Positions 28,310 to 37,582 of a stretch of 64,000 nucleotides of DNA are shown one piece after another. The notes under the pieces were generated by a model that saw nothing but the letters and a program-made list of their open reading frames with translations, did not search any database and had not been told where the DNA came from. The DNA lies in NCBI GenBank assembly GCA_963790475.1, contig CAWBOS010000015.1:578369-642368 (forward strand), written 5' to 3'. Numbering within the stretch: position 1 is the stretch's first letter; the number at the start of each line of letters is the position of its first letter. The translations under genes were made by a program, and so were the position numbers. Source of the DNA: an uncultured delta proteobacterium. Lineage in GTDB: Bacteria; Desulfobacterota; RBG-13-43-22.

Positions 28310-29210
28310 ATTTATTTCCCGTTCTCCTGAATTTTTTCAGGATTTTTTCCTCATATTCTCCCAAAAAGGTGGGTCGTTTTTCCTCGGAAAATTTCCCCAC
28401 TACGATCTTTCCTCTCAGGGAAATATCCACGTCCCTGGGATCGGCCCCATTCTGGACTATACTGTTTTCTTTGTAATAGATCATCTCATCCAAACCGCTG
28501 CCGATTTTATTGGGACGTCCATACCCTATAGGACAGGGGGCGATGACTTCTATAAAGGTAAATCCATCGATGGCAAAAGTCTCGGCAATGGAATTAACCA
28601 ATTGCCGGGCATGGAAAGTAGTCCAGCGGGCCACATAAACCGCTCCACAGGCATGGGCCAGATAAGGCAGATTGAACGAGGCCTCTGAATTACCGTAGGG
28701 CGTCGTTGTCGTCCTGGCCGTAACCGGTGTGGTCGGGGCCACCTGGCCCCCGGTCATCCCATAATTAAAATTATTGACACAGATGACCTTGAGGTTGACA
28801 TTTCTCCGGGCGGCATGAATGAAGTGATTTCCCCCGATGGCAAAGAGATCGCCGTCACCGCTGAATACAGTCACTGACAGGTCGGGACGGGTCAAGGACA
28901 ATCCGGTGGCAAAAGGGATGGCCCGGCCGTGCGTAGTGTGGTAAGTGTCCATATTCAGGTAACCGGCCACCCGGCCTGTACAGCCGATGCCGGAAACAAC
29001 AACCGTTTTGTCAAGCGGGACACCGGTCATCTTCAAACCGTTAATATAGGTGTTCAAGACCACACCCAATCCACAGCCCGGGCACCAGATATGAGGAATT
29101 CTGCCCGGTTTCAGATACTGGTCATCAGGATGAAGGCCATGTTGTTCATCGATGAGGCGAAGGAATGCTTCCTGATCAAAAGGGACGACAGGTTGATACC
29201 GTATCTTCAT
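28302..29210 (-). CDS. korB: 2-oxoacid:ferredoxin oxidoreductase beta subunit (TPP-binding)
   Basis: WCPGCG, SGIGC, HGRA, GDGD, NNFNYGMTGGQ; start 29210 overlaps the alpha-subunit stop. Confidence 0.9.
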   Translation of the reverse strand: MKIRYQPVVPFDQEAFLRLIDEQHGLHPDDQYLKPGRIPHIWCPGCGLGVVLNTYINGLKMTGVPLDKTVVVSGIGCTGRVAGYLNMDTYHTTHGRAIPFATGLSLTRPDLSVTVFSGDGDLFAIGGNHFIHAARRNVNLKVICVNNFNYGMTGGQVAPTTPVTARTTTTPYGNSEASFNLPYLAHACGAVYVARWTTFHARQLVNSIAETFAIDGFTFIEVIAPCPIGYGRPNKIGSGLDEMIYYKENSIVQNGADPRDVDISLRGKIVVGKFSEEKRPTFLGEYEEKILKKFRRTGNKSD

Positions 29211-30358
29211 GGCAGATATTCCTTGACCGCTTCCATAATGTCTTCCGGAGTATGGATGGCTCCGCCCATTAAAGGCAGAAGGACCGTCTCGGCCTGACCC
29301 TGGGCACAACGTTCCACTTCATAAGCCATTTGGCCGTAATTGATTTCAGGAACGATGAAAGCCTTGATCCCTTTAGCCAACTGACGGATCTTTTCCTCGG
29401 GGAAAGGCCAAAGCGTAATCAGACGCAGAAGCCCCACTTTCTTGCCTTGGGAACGAAGAAGTTGGACAGCCTCCCGGGCCGTCCGAGAGGTGCAGCCATA
29501 GGCCACGACTACCACTTCCGAATTCCTGGTTTCGAATTCTTCCACCTGAATGATTTTGGAGGCGTTGAGACGGATTTTATCCACCAGCCGTCGAACCGTC
29601 CGCTCATGGACCTGGGCAACGGTTTGGGGATAACCTTGCTCATCATGGGTCAAGCCGGAGACATGAACATGATACCCTTCCCCGGCACAGGCCATTGCGG
29701 GGACGAGATCGGCCCCGGCCATAAACGGCAAATAGGCATCCGGAGATTGACTCGGTCGGACCCTGGAAACCCGATGAATTTGATCCGGAGGCGGGATAAT
29801 CACTTTTTCGGACATGTGTCCGACCAGTTCATCTCCCAGGACAAATACCGGCAGTCGGTAGGTCTCGGACAAATTAAAGGCCTCGATGGTCAGGTCAAAC
29901 ATCTCCTGGGGGGAAGATGGGGAAAGGGCGATGACCTCGTAGTCCCCATGGGAGCCCCAGCGGGCCTGCATAACATCGGCCTGTCCGACCAAGGTAGGCA
30001 GTCCGGTGGAAGGCCCGCCACGCATGATATTGACGATAACGCAAGGGGTCTCGGTCATCATGCCCAGACCGATGTTTTCCATCATTAAAGAAAACCCCGG
30101 CCCGGAAGTGGCGGTCATGGATTTGATTCCGCCCCAGGAGGCCCCCAGGATGGCGGCCACCGAAGCGATTTCGTCTTCCATCTGGATACAGATTCCCTGA
30201 ACCTGGGGCATACGTCTGGCCATCCGTTCGGCGATTTCCGTGGCCGGTGTAATGGGATAGCCGGCAAAAAACCGGCAGCCGGCGGCAATGGCCCCTTCCG
30301 CACAGGCTTCGTCACCATTAATGAAATATTCGCCGGTCAAAATTCCTGAATCAGACAT
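29207..30358 (-). CDS. korA: 2-oxoacid:ferredoxin oxidoreductase alpha subunit
   Basis: GYPITP, QMEDE, TSGPGFSLM, RGGPSTGLPT. Confidence 0.9.
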   Translation of the reverse strand: MSDSGILTGEYFINGDEACAEGAIAAGCRFFAGYPITPATEIAERMARRMPQVQGICIQMEDEIASVAAILGASWGGIKSMTATSGPGFSLMMENIGLGMMTETPCVIVNIMRGGPSTGLPTLVGQADVMQARWGSHGDYEVIALSPSSPQEMFDLTIEAFNLSETYRLPVFVLGDELVGHMSEKVIIPPPDQIHRVSRVRPSQSPDAYLPFMAGADLVPAMACAGEGYHVHVSGLTHDEQGYPQTVAQVHERTVRRLVDKIRLNASKIIQVEEFETRNSEVVVVAYGCTSRTAREAVQLLRSQGKKVGLLRLITLWPFPEEKIRQLAKGIKAFIVPEINYGQMAYEVERCAQGQAETVLLPLMGGAIHTPEDIMEAVKEYLP

Positions 30359-30373
30359 ACTGGTTTATTCTTC

Positions 30374-30673
30374 CTATCTTGAACCGCCGACAATATCTTC
30401 GGCCGTCAACTCTTTGTGTTCTTTAAGGACGCTGTAAATAGCGAATTCCGGGCAAATGATCTCACACAGATTGCAATTGACGCATTCCCCCTGCTTGGAG
30501 ACCAAAGGGGGATGATAGCCTTTTTTGTTGAATTCCGGGGCTTCCTTAAGGACCTGGTTAGGACAAAACTCAACGCAAAACCCGCAGCCCTTGCAGCGGT
30601 CTTTGATAATATGCAGCTCCCCGATCGGTATGGAATGGGAAGCGGCATCCAGCGGCAGTCTCCAGAATTTCAT
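30374..30673 (-). CDS. korD: 2-oxoacid:ferredoxin oxidoreductase delta subunit (2x[4Fe-4S])
   Basis: CKGCGFCVEFCP, CVNCNLCEIICP. Confidence 0.88.
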   Translation of the reverse strand: MKFWRLPLDAASHSIPIGELHIIKDRCKGCGFCVEFCPNQVLKEAPEFNKKGYHPPLVSKQGECVNCNLCEIICPEFAIYSVLKEHKELTAEDIVGGSR

Positions 30674-30698
30674 TCGATACTCCTATACAAAATCTTAC

Positions 30699-30728
30699 TT
30701 TATACCCTAAAAGGGAAGAAAATGTCAA
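30699..30728 (-). promoter_or_regulatory. Sigma70-type promoter for the kor-hdr cluster
   Basis: Minus strand TTGACA-18 bp-TATAAA, then AGGAG RBS. Confidence 0.6.
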
Positions 30729-30753
30729 TATGATTTTAATCACCGGACTGGAT

Positions 30754-30912
30754 TGAAAAACATGCAAAAAGTCGTCACCCCGGCGAAAGCCGGGATCCAG
30801 GAGAATTCTAACTGCTTTAAAATACTGGATTCCGGCTTTCGCCGGAATGACTTTATTTGGGTTTTGGCGACTTTTTACAAATCTGTCCTAATTGATGGAC
30901 TTGCAAAAAATC
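30754..30912. mobile_element. MITE-like element, family A, plus an adjacent extra TIR (30893-30912)
   Basis: gtcgtcaccccggcgaaagccgggatccag...ctggattccggctttcgccggaatgac...cgactttttac; then tgatggacttgcaaaaaatc. Confidence 0.7.
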
Positions 30913-30921
30913 CCTTATATT

Positions 30922-32355
30922 CTAATCCCCTTCGCTCTTTACCGAGGTTTCCATGGTAATCCCATATTTTTCTATCTTGGATTGGAGCGTCGGTCGGGAA
31001 ACACCGAGAATCTTGGCTGCCCGACTTCGGTTACCGCCGGTGATATCCAGGGCCTCGCTGATCAGTGCGCTGGCAACGTGGTCGATCAGATTGTCAAATT
31101 TATCCATACCCGGCTCGTTCATCAAGGCCTTTCGAGCCCACTGCCTGATTGAACCATCACCCGGTGGCCCATCGGCCCTGACGAGGGCTTCCCCTTGAAT
31201 GAGTTGAGAGATGTCCTCGGGACGGATGGGATATCCCCGGCTGAAAATCAGGGCTTTTTGGATGGTATTGGCCAATTCCCGGACGTTGCCGGGCCAGTGA
31301 TAATTTTTCAGCACCCCTCTGGTTTCATCGGTCATACCCGGGTTGTCGATATCCATCGATTTGGCGAACCGATCTAAAAAATATTCGGCCAGTCTGGAAA
31401 TATCCTGGAGACGCTCGCGTAAAGGAGGGAGCCAGATCGTCACCACCTTGAGTCGATAATAAAGATCCTCACGGAATCTTCCCTCGGCCAGACCGGCCTC
31501 CAGATCCCGGTTGGTGGCGGCGATAATCCGCACATCCACAGGGATGGGCTCGCGGCCTCCCAAACGCTCGATACTTTTTTCCTGAAGCAGGCGTAATATT
31601 TTAGACTGGATGCTGAAGGGCATATCGCCGATTTCATCGAGAAAGATGGTCCCGCCGTTGGCCTGCTCAATCCTTCCCATCCGCCGGCTGACGGCTCCGG
31701 TAAAGGCCCCTTTCTCATACCCGAACAGTTCGCTTTCCAGCAATGTTTCCGGGATGGCCACACAGTTGATGACCAGAAATGGTTTGCCGGCCCGCTGGCT
31801 GTGTTGATAAACAGCCCGGGCTACCAGTTCCTTGCCTGTGCCTGATTCGCCGCGCACCAGGACCGTAGCCTCGGTCGGGGCGACCCGCCCAATGGCTTTA
31901 TAGATCTCCTGCATCGGCTTGCTTTGTCCGATAATGACCTCACTGGAAGGGGTTTTAGGAAGGATATCGATTTCCACCTGGGAACGCATAAACCGGCTGG
32001 CCTCCAGGGCCTGAGTGATTAGTTTCAAAATATCCGGAATATCGAAAGGTTTGAGAATATAATCAAAGGCCCCTAATTTTGTGGCCTCGATGGCCGTTTC
32101 GGTGGTCCCGAAGGCGGTCATGATGATCACCGGAAGTTTGGACTCGATCTCCCGTATAGCGAGAAAGGTCTCCAGTCCGCTCATCCCCGGAAGGCGCAAA
32201 TCCAACAGAACCAGATCCGGCAAAACCGAACGCAGGACGTCCAGGCCGGTCTCACCGCTGGCAGCGGTCAATACTTCATGACCCTCTTCGGTCAGGAGCT
32301 TCTCGAAGCTCTCCCGGATTTGATAATCATCATCAATAATCAGAATGACGCCCAT
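30922..32355 (-). CDS. Sigma54-dependent response regulator (NtrC family)
   Basis: Receiver, [30 protein letters not shown], Fis-type HTH. Confidence 0.95.
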   Translation of the reverse strand: MGVILIIDDDYQIRESFEKLLTEEGHEVLTAASGETGLDVLRSVLPDLVLLDLRLPGMSGLETFLAIREIESKLPVIIMTAFGTTETAIEATKLGAFDYILKPFDIPDILKLITQALEASRFMRSQVEIDILPKTPSSEVIIGQSKPMQEIYKAIGRVAPTEATVLVRGESGTGKELVARAVYQHSQRAGKPFLVINCVAIPETLLESELFGYEKGAFTGAVSRRMGRIEQANGGTIFLDEIGDMPFSIQSKILRLLQEKSIERLGGREPIPVDVRIIAATNRDLEAGLAEGRFREDLYYRLKVVTIWLPPLRERLQDISRLAEYFLDRFAKSMDIDNPGMTDETRGVLKNYHWPGNVRELANTIQKALIFSRGYPIRPEDISQLIQGEALVRADGPPGDGSIRQWARKALMNEPGMDKFDNLIDHVASALISEALDITGGNRSRAAKILGVSRPTLQSKIEKYGITMETSVKSEGD

Positions 32356-32398
32356 AGGTCCTTTCCCAGGCTCTATCGTCCTGGACTGTTTTTCTCAT

Positions 32399-33913
32399 TT
32401 ACTCCGAACCCAGAACCCCGAGCTCCGAAATATTTTCTCGGTAAGGAAGAGTGATCACAAAGGCGGTTCCCTCCCCCTCCTGAGAGCGGAGGCCTATGCT
32501 TCCGCCATGTTTTTCCACGATCCGCGAGGCGATACTCAATCCCAATCCGGTACCCTCTTCTTTAGTGCTGAAGAAGGGTTGAAAGATGTTTTCCTGAATC
32601 GATTCGGGTATGCCCGGACCGTTGTCGCTTACGGTTATGGTGGCAACCTTTTTCCCGGTCTCCACAGTTTCCTCCTTTTCCAAAATACGGATCCACCCGC
32701 CCTTAACCATGACTTCACAGGCATTGACCAGCAGATTCACCAAAACCTCCTTTAATTGATCCGGATCGGCCCAGATTTCGGGCAAGGGATTTTCCCGGAT
32801 CAATTCAACCTGGACCCCGTTGGATTCCAACCGGTGTTTCATAAGTCGGAGGGTCATATCGACCACTTCGGAAGGACTGACCTTTTGCATGGTCAGTTTG
32901 GGCGGCCGGGAAAATTCAAGAAAACTCCGGACAATGGATTCAATATGACGGATTTCCTCTGAAATAACCTCCAGGTCTTCTTTCTGAGTAGGGGATAAGT
33001 CCGGAGTGCGGCCCATGGAAAAGAGACGGATTTTCACTGAGGTCAATGGATTTCTAATGCTATGGGCTACGCCGGCCGCCAATTTACCGGTCAAGGCCCA
33101 TTTCTCCGATTGGACCAGATGTTCCTGACTGCGGGCCAGCTTGTTCTGAGTCTGGTCGACATCCTCAATCAAACTGTGCACCCGATGGCTGAGGACATTG
33201 ACTTCGTTGGACAGCGGGGGTTGGCTGTCATCAGGACCTGTGGCCTTGGTCAAGCGGCGAATAGGCTCCAGGATCTGCTTGAAAAGAATATAGGCCAGCA
33301 GGACACCCATCATAGCCGCCAATTGAATAGCGATCAAGGCCGCCGTACTGATATATCGCGTGCGGACCTGGGCATTTTTTCTGGCCTGGCCAATATTTTT
33401 TAGGTGGATATCCTTATACTGCTCGCAGAGGTTCACAATAGACAGGAACTGAGGGCGGGCCCGGAGATGGAGTTTAGTCCCTGATTCCTCCTCACCGTTT
33501 TGATAAAGATGAATGACTTCCTGCCGGCTGCTTTTATAGTGGAGGTATTCTGATTCGATTTTACCCAAAAGACTCCAGGCGGTTTCCATTCGTGCGTATT
33601 CTCTGGCTTTAAAAAGTTTTTCTTCAAAGGCCTTCTGGTACGTTTCCAATTGTTTCAACCAATCCGGGTTGCCGTCCTGGAAGTAATAGGTGATAAATCC
33701 TTTCTGCATGACCAGAGCGGTTTCCATTTCTTCGGCCACCTGGAAAGAGAGGATATCCCGGTCCAGTATCGAAGTGAAAAGGGAACCGATGGTATCCGCA
33801 TACCAGATGGTGGCCAGCCCCCCTCCGATCGTGGTTAAAACCAAGGCGATCAGAAGGATGATGATTCGTGCCCTTAGACTGAGTTGTTTAAGCATTGGAA
33901 TTAGCCTTTTCAA
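32399..33913 (-). CDS. Sensor histidine kinase with helical periplasmic domain
   Basis: Two TMs, AHSIRNPL, DNGPGI, PFFSTK, GTGLGL. Confidence 0.92.
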   Translation of the reverse strand: MKRLIPMLKQLSLRARIIILLIALVLTTIGGGLATIWYADTIGSLFTSILDRDILSFQVAEEMETALVMQKGFITYYFQDGNPDWLKQLETYQKAFEEKLFKAREYARMETAWSLLGKIESEYLHYKSSRQEVIHLYQNGEEESGTKLHLRARPQFLSIVNLCEQYKDIHLKNIGQARKNAQVRTRYISTAALIAIQLAAMMGVLLAYILFKQILEPIRRLTKATGPDDSQPPLSNEVNVLSHRVHSLIEDVDQTQNKLARSQEHLVQSEKWALTGKLAAGVAHSIRNPLTSVKIRLFSMGRTPDLSPTQKEDLEVISEEIRHIESIVRSFLEFSRPPKLTMQKVSPSEVVDMTLRLMKHRLESNGVQVELIRENPLPEIWADPDQLKEVLVNLLVNACEVMVKGGWIRILEKEETVETGKKVATITVSDNGPGIPESIQENIFQPFFSTKEEGTGLGLSIASRIVEKHGGSIGLRSQEGEGTAFVITLPYRENISELGVLGSE

Positions 33914-33925
33914 CGTCTACCTATT

Positions 33926-34065
33926 TAGAGTTTTGAAAAACATCTCCTTTTGCCCAATCTCTGCGTCAGACTCAAATCCTAAACCCCAAAATACAAAATG
34001 TATATCTTGGTTAAAATTCTCGTCTTCTTCGATCTTGAACAGAATTGGATATTTTCAAGGCTCTC
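33926..34065. mobile_element. MITE-like element, family B (second copy)
   Basis: tagagttttgaaaaa...ttttgcccaatctctgcgtcagactcaaat...ttttcaaggctctc, colinear with 19072-19213. Confidence 0.72.
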
Positions 34066-34222
34066 ATGTTATTAAAGGATCGCCCGGACAAGCCGGATTT
34101 GAGGAGCGCTTCATTTGAGGCATAAGCGGCTTAAAAGCCGTCTGGAAGGAAATCCTGAATCAAAAGGTCCGAGGGCCTCTTTCCGGTCCTCCTTTTGGGG
34201 GTCCTTCTTGTTTTTATTTTGA

Positions 34223-35590
34223 CTAAGCCGGATGAATCCTTTTCCAGCTTTTTTCCTCATACATCCGTTTGTCCGCCTCGGCAATCAATTCTTCCACAGA
34301 GGCCGGTTGGTCGGGATCGTAACGCACCACGCCCATGGAAAGTGAGAGCTTGTAAGGAGGTTGGCTTCTCGCATTAACCAGGCCCAGATTGCGGTTTAAC
34401 CGGATTCTCAGGTTTTCGGCACTGGACTCTGAAGTCCCTTCTATGGCCAGGATAACAAACTCATCCCCCCCGATCCGGGCGATGATATCCGGATCGCGAT
34501 AGGTCTCTTTAGTGATGTTGGCCACAGCGATTAATGCCCGGTCGCCTTCCTGGTGGCCATAATGATCATTAATACCCTTCAGGTCATCCAGATCGGCAAA
34601 AAGCAGAAACATACCCCGCTTCAACCTGTGGGCCAGCTTCAACTCCTGTTCGGCCAAGGTCAGGAATCCCCGCCGATTATAGAGACCGGTCAAATCGTCC
34701 ACCAGACTCAAGGTTCGTAATGTTTCCTCCCCTTGTTTTCGTTGGGTTACATCCCGAAAATTCCAAACCCGCCCGACACTTTTTCCATCAACCCGTTGGG
34801 GTGTTGAATAACGTTCAAAAATTCTTCCGTTATTAAATTCCAAGGTATCAAAACTTTCATCATCCGGGTGGGCATACAATTCATTAACTTTGTTTATGAA
34901 TCCCTCAGGATCTTTGAGCTTAGCCAGAACAAAGGATAAGGCCTGATAGTCATCTTTGGTTTCTAATACCGAATCGGGTATCCCCCAAAGTTCAACAAAT
35001 TTATTATTAAACCTGATGATCTGTCCCTGGGTGTTTACCACCAAGATCCCGTCTGTGGTCGATTCAATCGTGGCTTCAAGAAGAGAAACCAAATTTTTGA
35101 GTTCAGCTTCCGTTCGGTTTCTCTCGGTAACGTCGCGAGTTATACCTCTAAATCCAATAGGTTTTCCATTTTCATCTTTGATGAGAGAAACAGAGGATTC
35201 CACCTCTCTTTGGGAGCCGTCTTTTCTATAAATTTTTCTATGAACGGATTTAGTCGGCATCCCCGTCCGAAAAACGGTATTGAAGGTTTTATAGGTTTTA
35301 GGGGGGTCCTGGGAAATCCCTTTATAACTAATACCGATCAATTCTTCTTTGGCCAATCCATATATTTTAGTGTAGGCTTCATTACAGAATAGATATTTCC
35401 CCGTTAAATCCACTTCATAATAACCGTCTTCAATATTCTCCAGGATGGCCCGGGCCTTTTCCTCTGATTCTCTTAATGACGCCTCCGCCTGTCTGCGACG
35501 ATCCTCCAAGGCCTCCAATTCAGCAATCCGTTGACGGAGTTCTGCTACTTCCTTGCCTAAATCCTCAGTGGAATTATCCTCGTTTGCCAT
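34223..35590 (-). CDS. PAS-PAS-GGDEF diguanylate cyclase
   Basis: Two PAS domains, DDLTGLYNRR, RDPD I-site, GGDEF. Confidence 0.93.
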   Translation of the reverse strand: MANEDNSTEDLGKEVAELRQRIAELEALEDRRRQAEASLRESEEKARAILENIEDGYYEVDLTGKYLFCNEAYTKIYGLAKEELIGISYKGISQDPPKTYKTFNTVFRTGMPTKSVHRKIYRKDGSQREVESSVSLIKDENGKPIGFRGITRDVTERNRTEAELKNLVSLLEATIESTTDGILVVNTQGQIIRFNNKFVELWGIPDSVLETKDDYQALSFVLAKLKDPEGFINKVNELYAHPDDESFDTLEFNNGRIFERYSTPQRVDGKSVGRVWNFRDVTQRKQGEETLRTLSLVDDLTGLYNRRGFLTLAEQELKLAHRLKRGMFLLFADLDDLKGINDHYGHQEGDRALIAVANITKETYRDPDIIARIGGDEFVILAIEGTSESSAENLRIRLNRNLGLVNARSQPPYKLSLSMGVVRYDPDQPASVEELIAEADKRMYEEKSWKRIHPA

Positions 35591-35698
35591 GGAAATTTCT
35601 TTGCCTTTTTAAGAAAATACCTTCCTGCGTTGCTTAAATTTAACAGAATCAAACAGAATGTCCACTTATTTTTTTCAAGCAGGAAGGGCATTTCTTTC

Positions 35699-35740
35699 TT
35701 GACAAATCCCCCCTAAACCTTTACTTACCGGTAGGTAAGT
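35699..35740 (+). promoter_or_regulatory. Promoter with overlapping palindromic TetR-type operator
   Basis: TTGACA (35699)-17 bp-TACTTA; palindrome ACTTACC-GGTA-GGTAAGT at 35723-35740. Confidence 0.7.
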
Positions 35741-35782
35741 TTTTCGGGAAGATCTTCAAACCCAAAAAAAGAGAGAGCGCTG

Positions 35783-36407
35783 TTGAAAAAAAGCGGGGAG
35801 GAATTCATGAACGACTTGACGGTTCGTCAGCGTCTTTTGGCCAGTTCAGCCGAATTATTCGCCCGTAAAGGGTATGCCTCAACTACGGTCCGAGAGATTG
35901 TTGAGGCGGCAAAGGTTACCAAACCGGCCCTTTATTATTATTTCCAGAATAAAGAGGAAATTTATCTGGAGTTGATGAGGGAGGCCGAATCACGATTTGA
36001 GATCCTCTTGCGCAGTGCCCGAAAAGAAATCGGGACAGTCAAAAAAAGGGTACTGCGTTTTTCAGAGCAAGTTTTTCAGCTTTTTTTGGACCAGATTGAA
36101 GTAGCCCGAGTTGGGATTTCCATTCATTATGGGCCGGCCCAGGGGACGCCTTTCTTTGATTTTGAAGCCTTTCATCTCAAGTTCCAGGAATTCATTCGAA
36201 AGATTGATACGGGAAGGGATTCGGAAAGGTGAGTTTCGAAAAGGAAATGTGATGGACATGACCTGGGCTATTCTCGGAGCAATCAATGTGGCCATAGAAG
36301 TCCAACTCTGGCATCCGGAACAATCGACAGGCCGTAAGGGATTGGTCAGGGTTCTTAAATTGATATTTGAAGGAATATCCAGCGAAAGAAAGAGAAAGGG
36401 GAGTTAG
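35783..36407 (+). CDS. TetR/AcrR family regulator (one +1 frameshift near 36200)
   Basis: LFARKGYASTTVREI..LYYYFQNKEE HTH; C-terminus (GIRKGEF...) in the next frame. Confidence 0.85.
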
Positions 36408-36408
36408 C

Positions 36409-37580
36409 ATGAAACGGGGGTTAATATTCGGGGCCGTCTTGGCTGCCCTGTGGATTGGAGCGTGGGGGTGTTCAAAAACGAATGAAGCCAGCAAAGGAGT
36501 TGAAAATACCGGGACCTTACCCCCTGTAGCCGTTGAGGCCTCACAGGCCCAGGCCAGAGATCTCATCGAGGGGATTGAGGTCGTGGGATCATTAACGCCC
36601 AAGCTCGAGGCCAGACTCAAAGCTGAATATTCCGGGATCGTCACCGAAGTTTATGTCACCGAATGGGTGCGGGTGAAAAAAGGAACCCCCCTGGCCAAGT
36701 TGGACACTCGTGAAATAGAGGCCATTGTCCAAAAGGCCCAGGCCGCCGTTGAGGTTGGAAAGGCCAATCTTTTACAGGCTGAAGTCGGCGGTAATCGGGC
36801 CGAACGGGAGTTGACCCGGGCCCAAAACCTCAAAGCAGAGGGTTTGATCACCCAGCAGAATCTGGATGATGTCCGAACGGAAAAGGCGGCCTCCATGGCC
36901 CGTATCGCCGCGGCCAAGGCCCAGGCCCTGGCTGCCGAAAAAGATCTCTCACCAGGCGCAGACCCGGTTGGCCAAAGCTGTTATTCAATCCCCCCTGGAT
37001 GGGGTGGTCTCTTCACGCAACATCAATGTCGGAGATTTAGTGGGGGAACCCGGGATCAACCCGCATTTTATTTCAGATGGTCGATAACCGCCAACTGGAA
37101 CTGACGGTCACGGTTCCCTCCACAGAAATGGGACATCTGCGCCTGAATCAGCCGCTTGACCTTTGTAACCGATGCCTTCCCGGAAAAACCTTTTTCCGGC
37201 CGGATAAAATACATCAATCCTACGGTAAACGAAGCCGACCGGTCGGTCAAGGTCATAGCCGAGGTCCCGAATAGCGACGAAACCCTTAAAGCCGGGCTTT
37301 TTGTCAAAGGCCGGATCATTACCGGAGAGCGCCGGAAGATATTGCAAATCCCCCGATCAGCCCTGCTTTCCTGGGATGTAGGGGCCAAGAAAGGCGAGGT
37401 CTTTGTAGTTGACCGGGATCTGGCTCAGCGCAAAACCATTCAGACCGGAAGTGTCTCCGGTGATTGGGTGGAGGTGGTCTCCGGATTACAACCGGGGGTA
37501 CCCATCATCACCCGTGGGGGGTTCAATGTCAAAAACGGCGATCGGGTCAAAATCATCCCGGATGAACGGGGGAAATTAAT
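36409..37580 (+). CDS. RND efflux periplasmic adaptor (MFP), split by about four +1 frameshifts
   Basis: Lipobox WGC, SGIVTEV, SPLDGVV, FSGRIKYINP, LKAGLF and VEVVSGL fragments in successive frames. Confidence 0.82.
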
Positions 37581-37582
37581 TC

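Noticed and set aside
23472-30088. Long plus-strand ORFs (247, 213 and 252 aa) opposite hdr/kor genes
   Set aside because: They are antisense shadow frames of GC3-rich genes with no recognisable motifs.
30674-32355. NtrC-family regulator as direct activator of the kor-hdr cluster
   Set aside because: I saw no -24/-12 (TGGCAC-N5-TTGC) motif upstream of korD; a sigma70-type promoter is present instead. Adjacency alone is insufficient.
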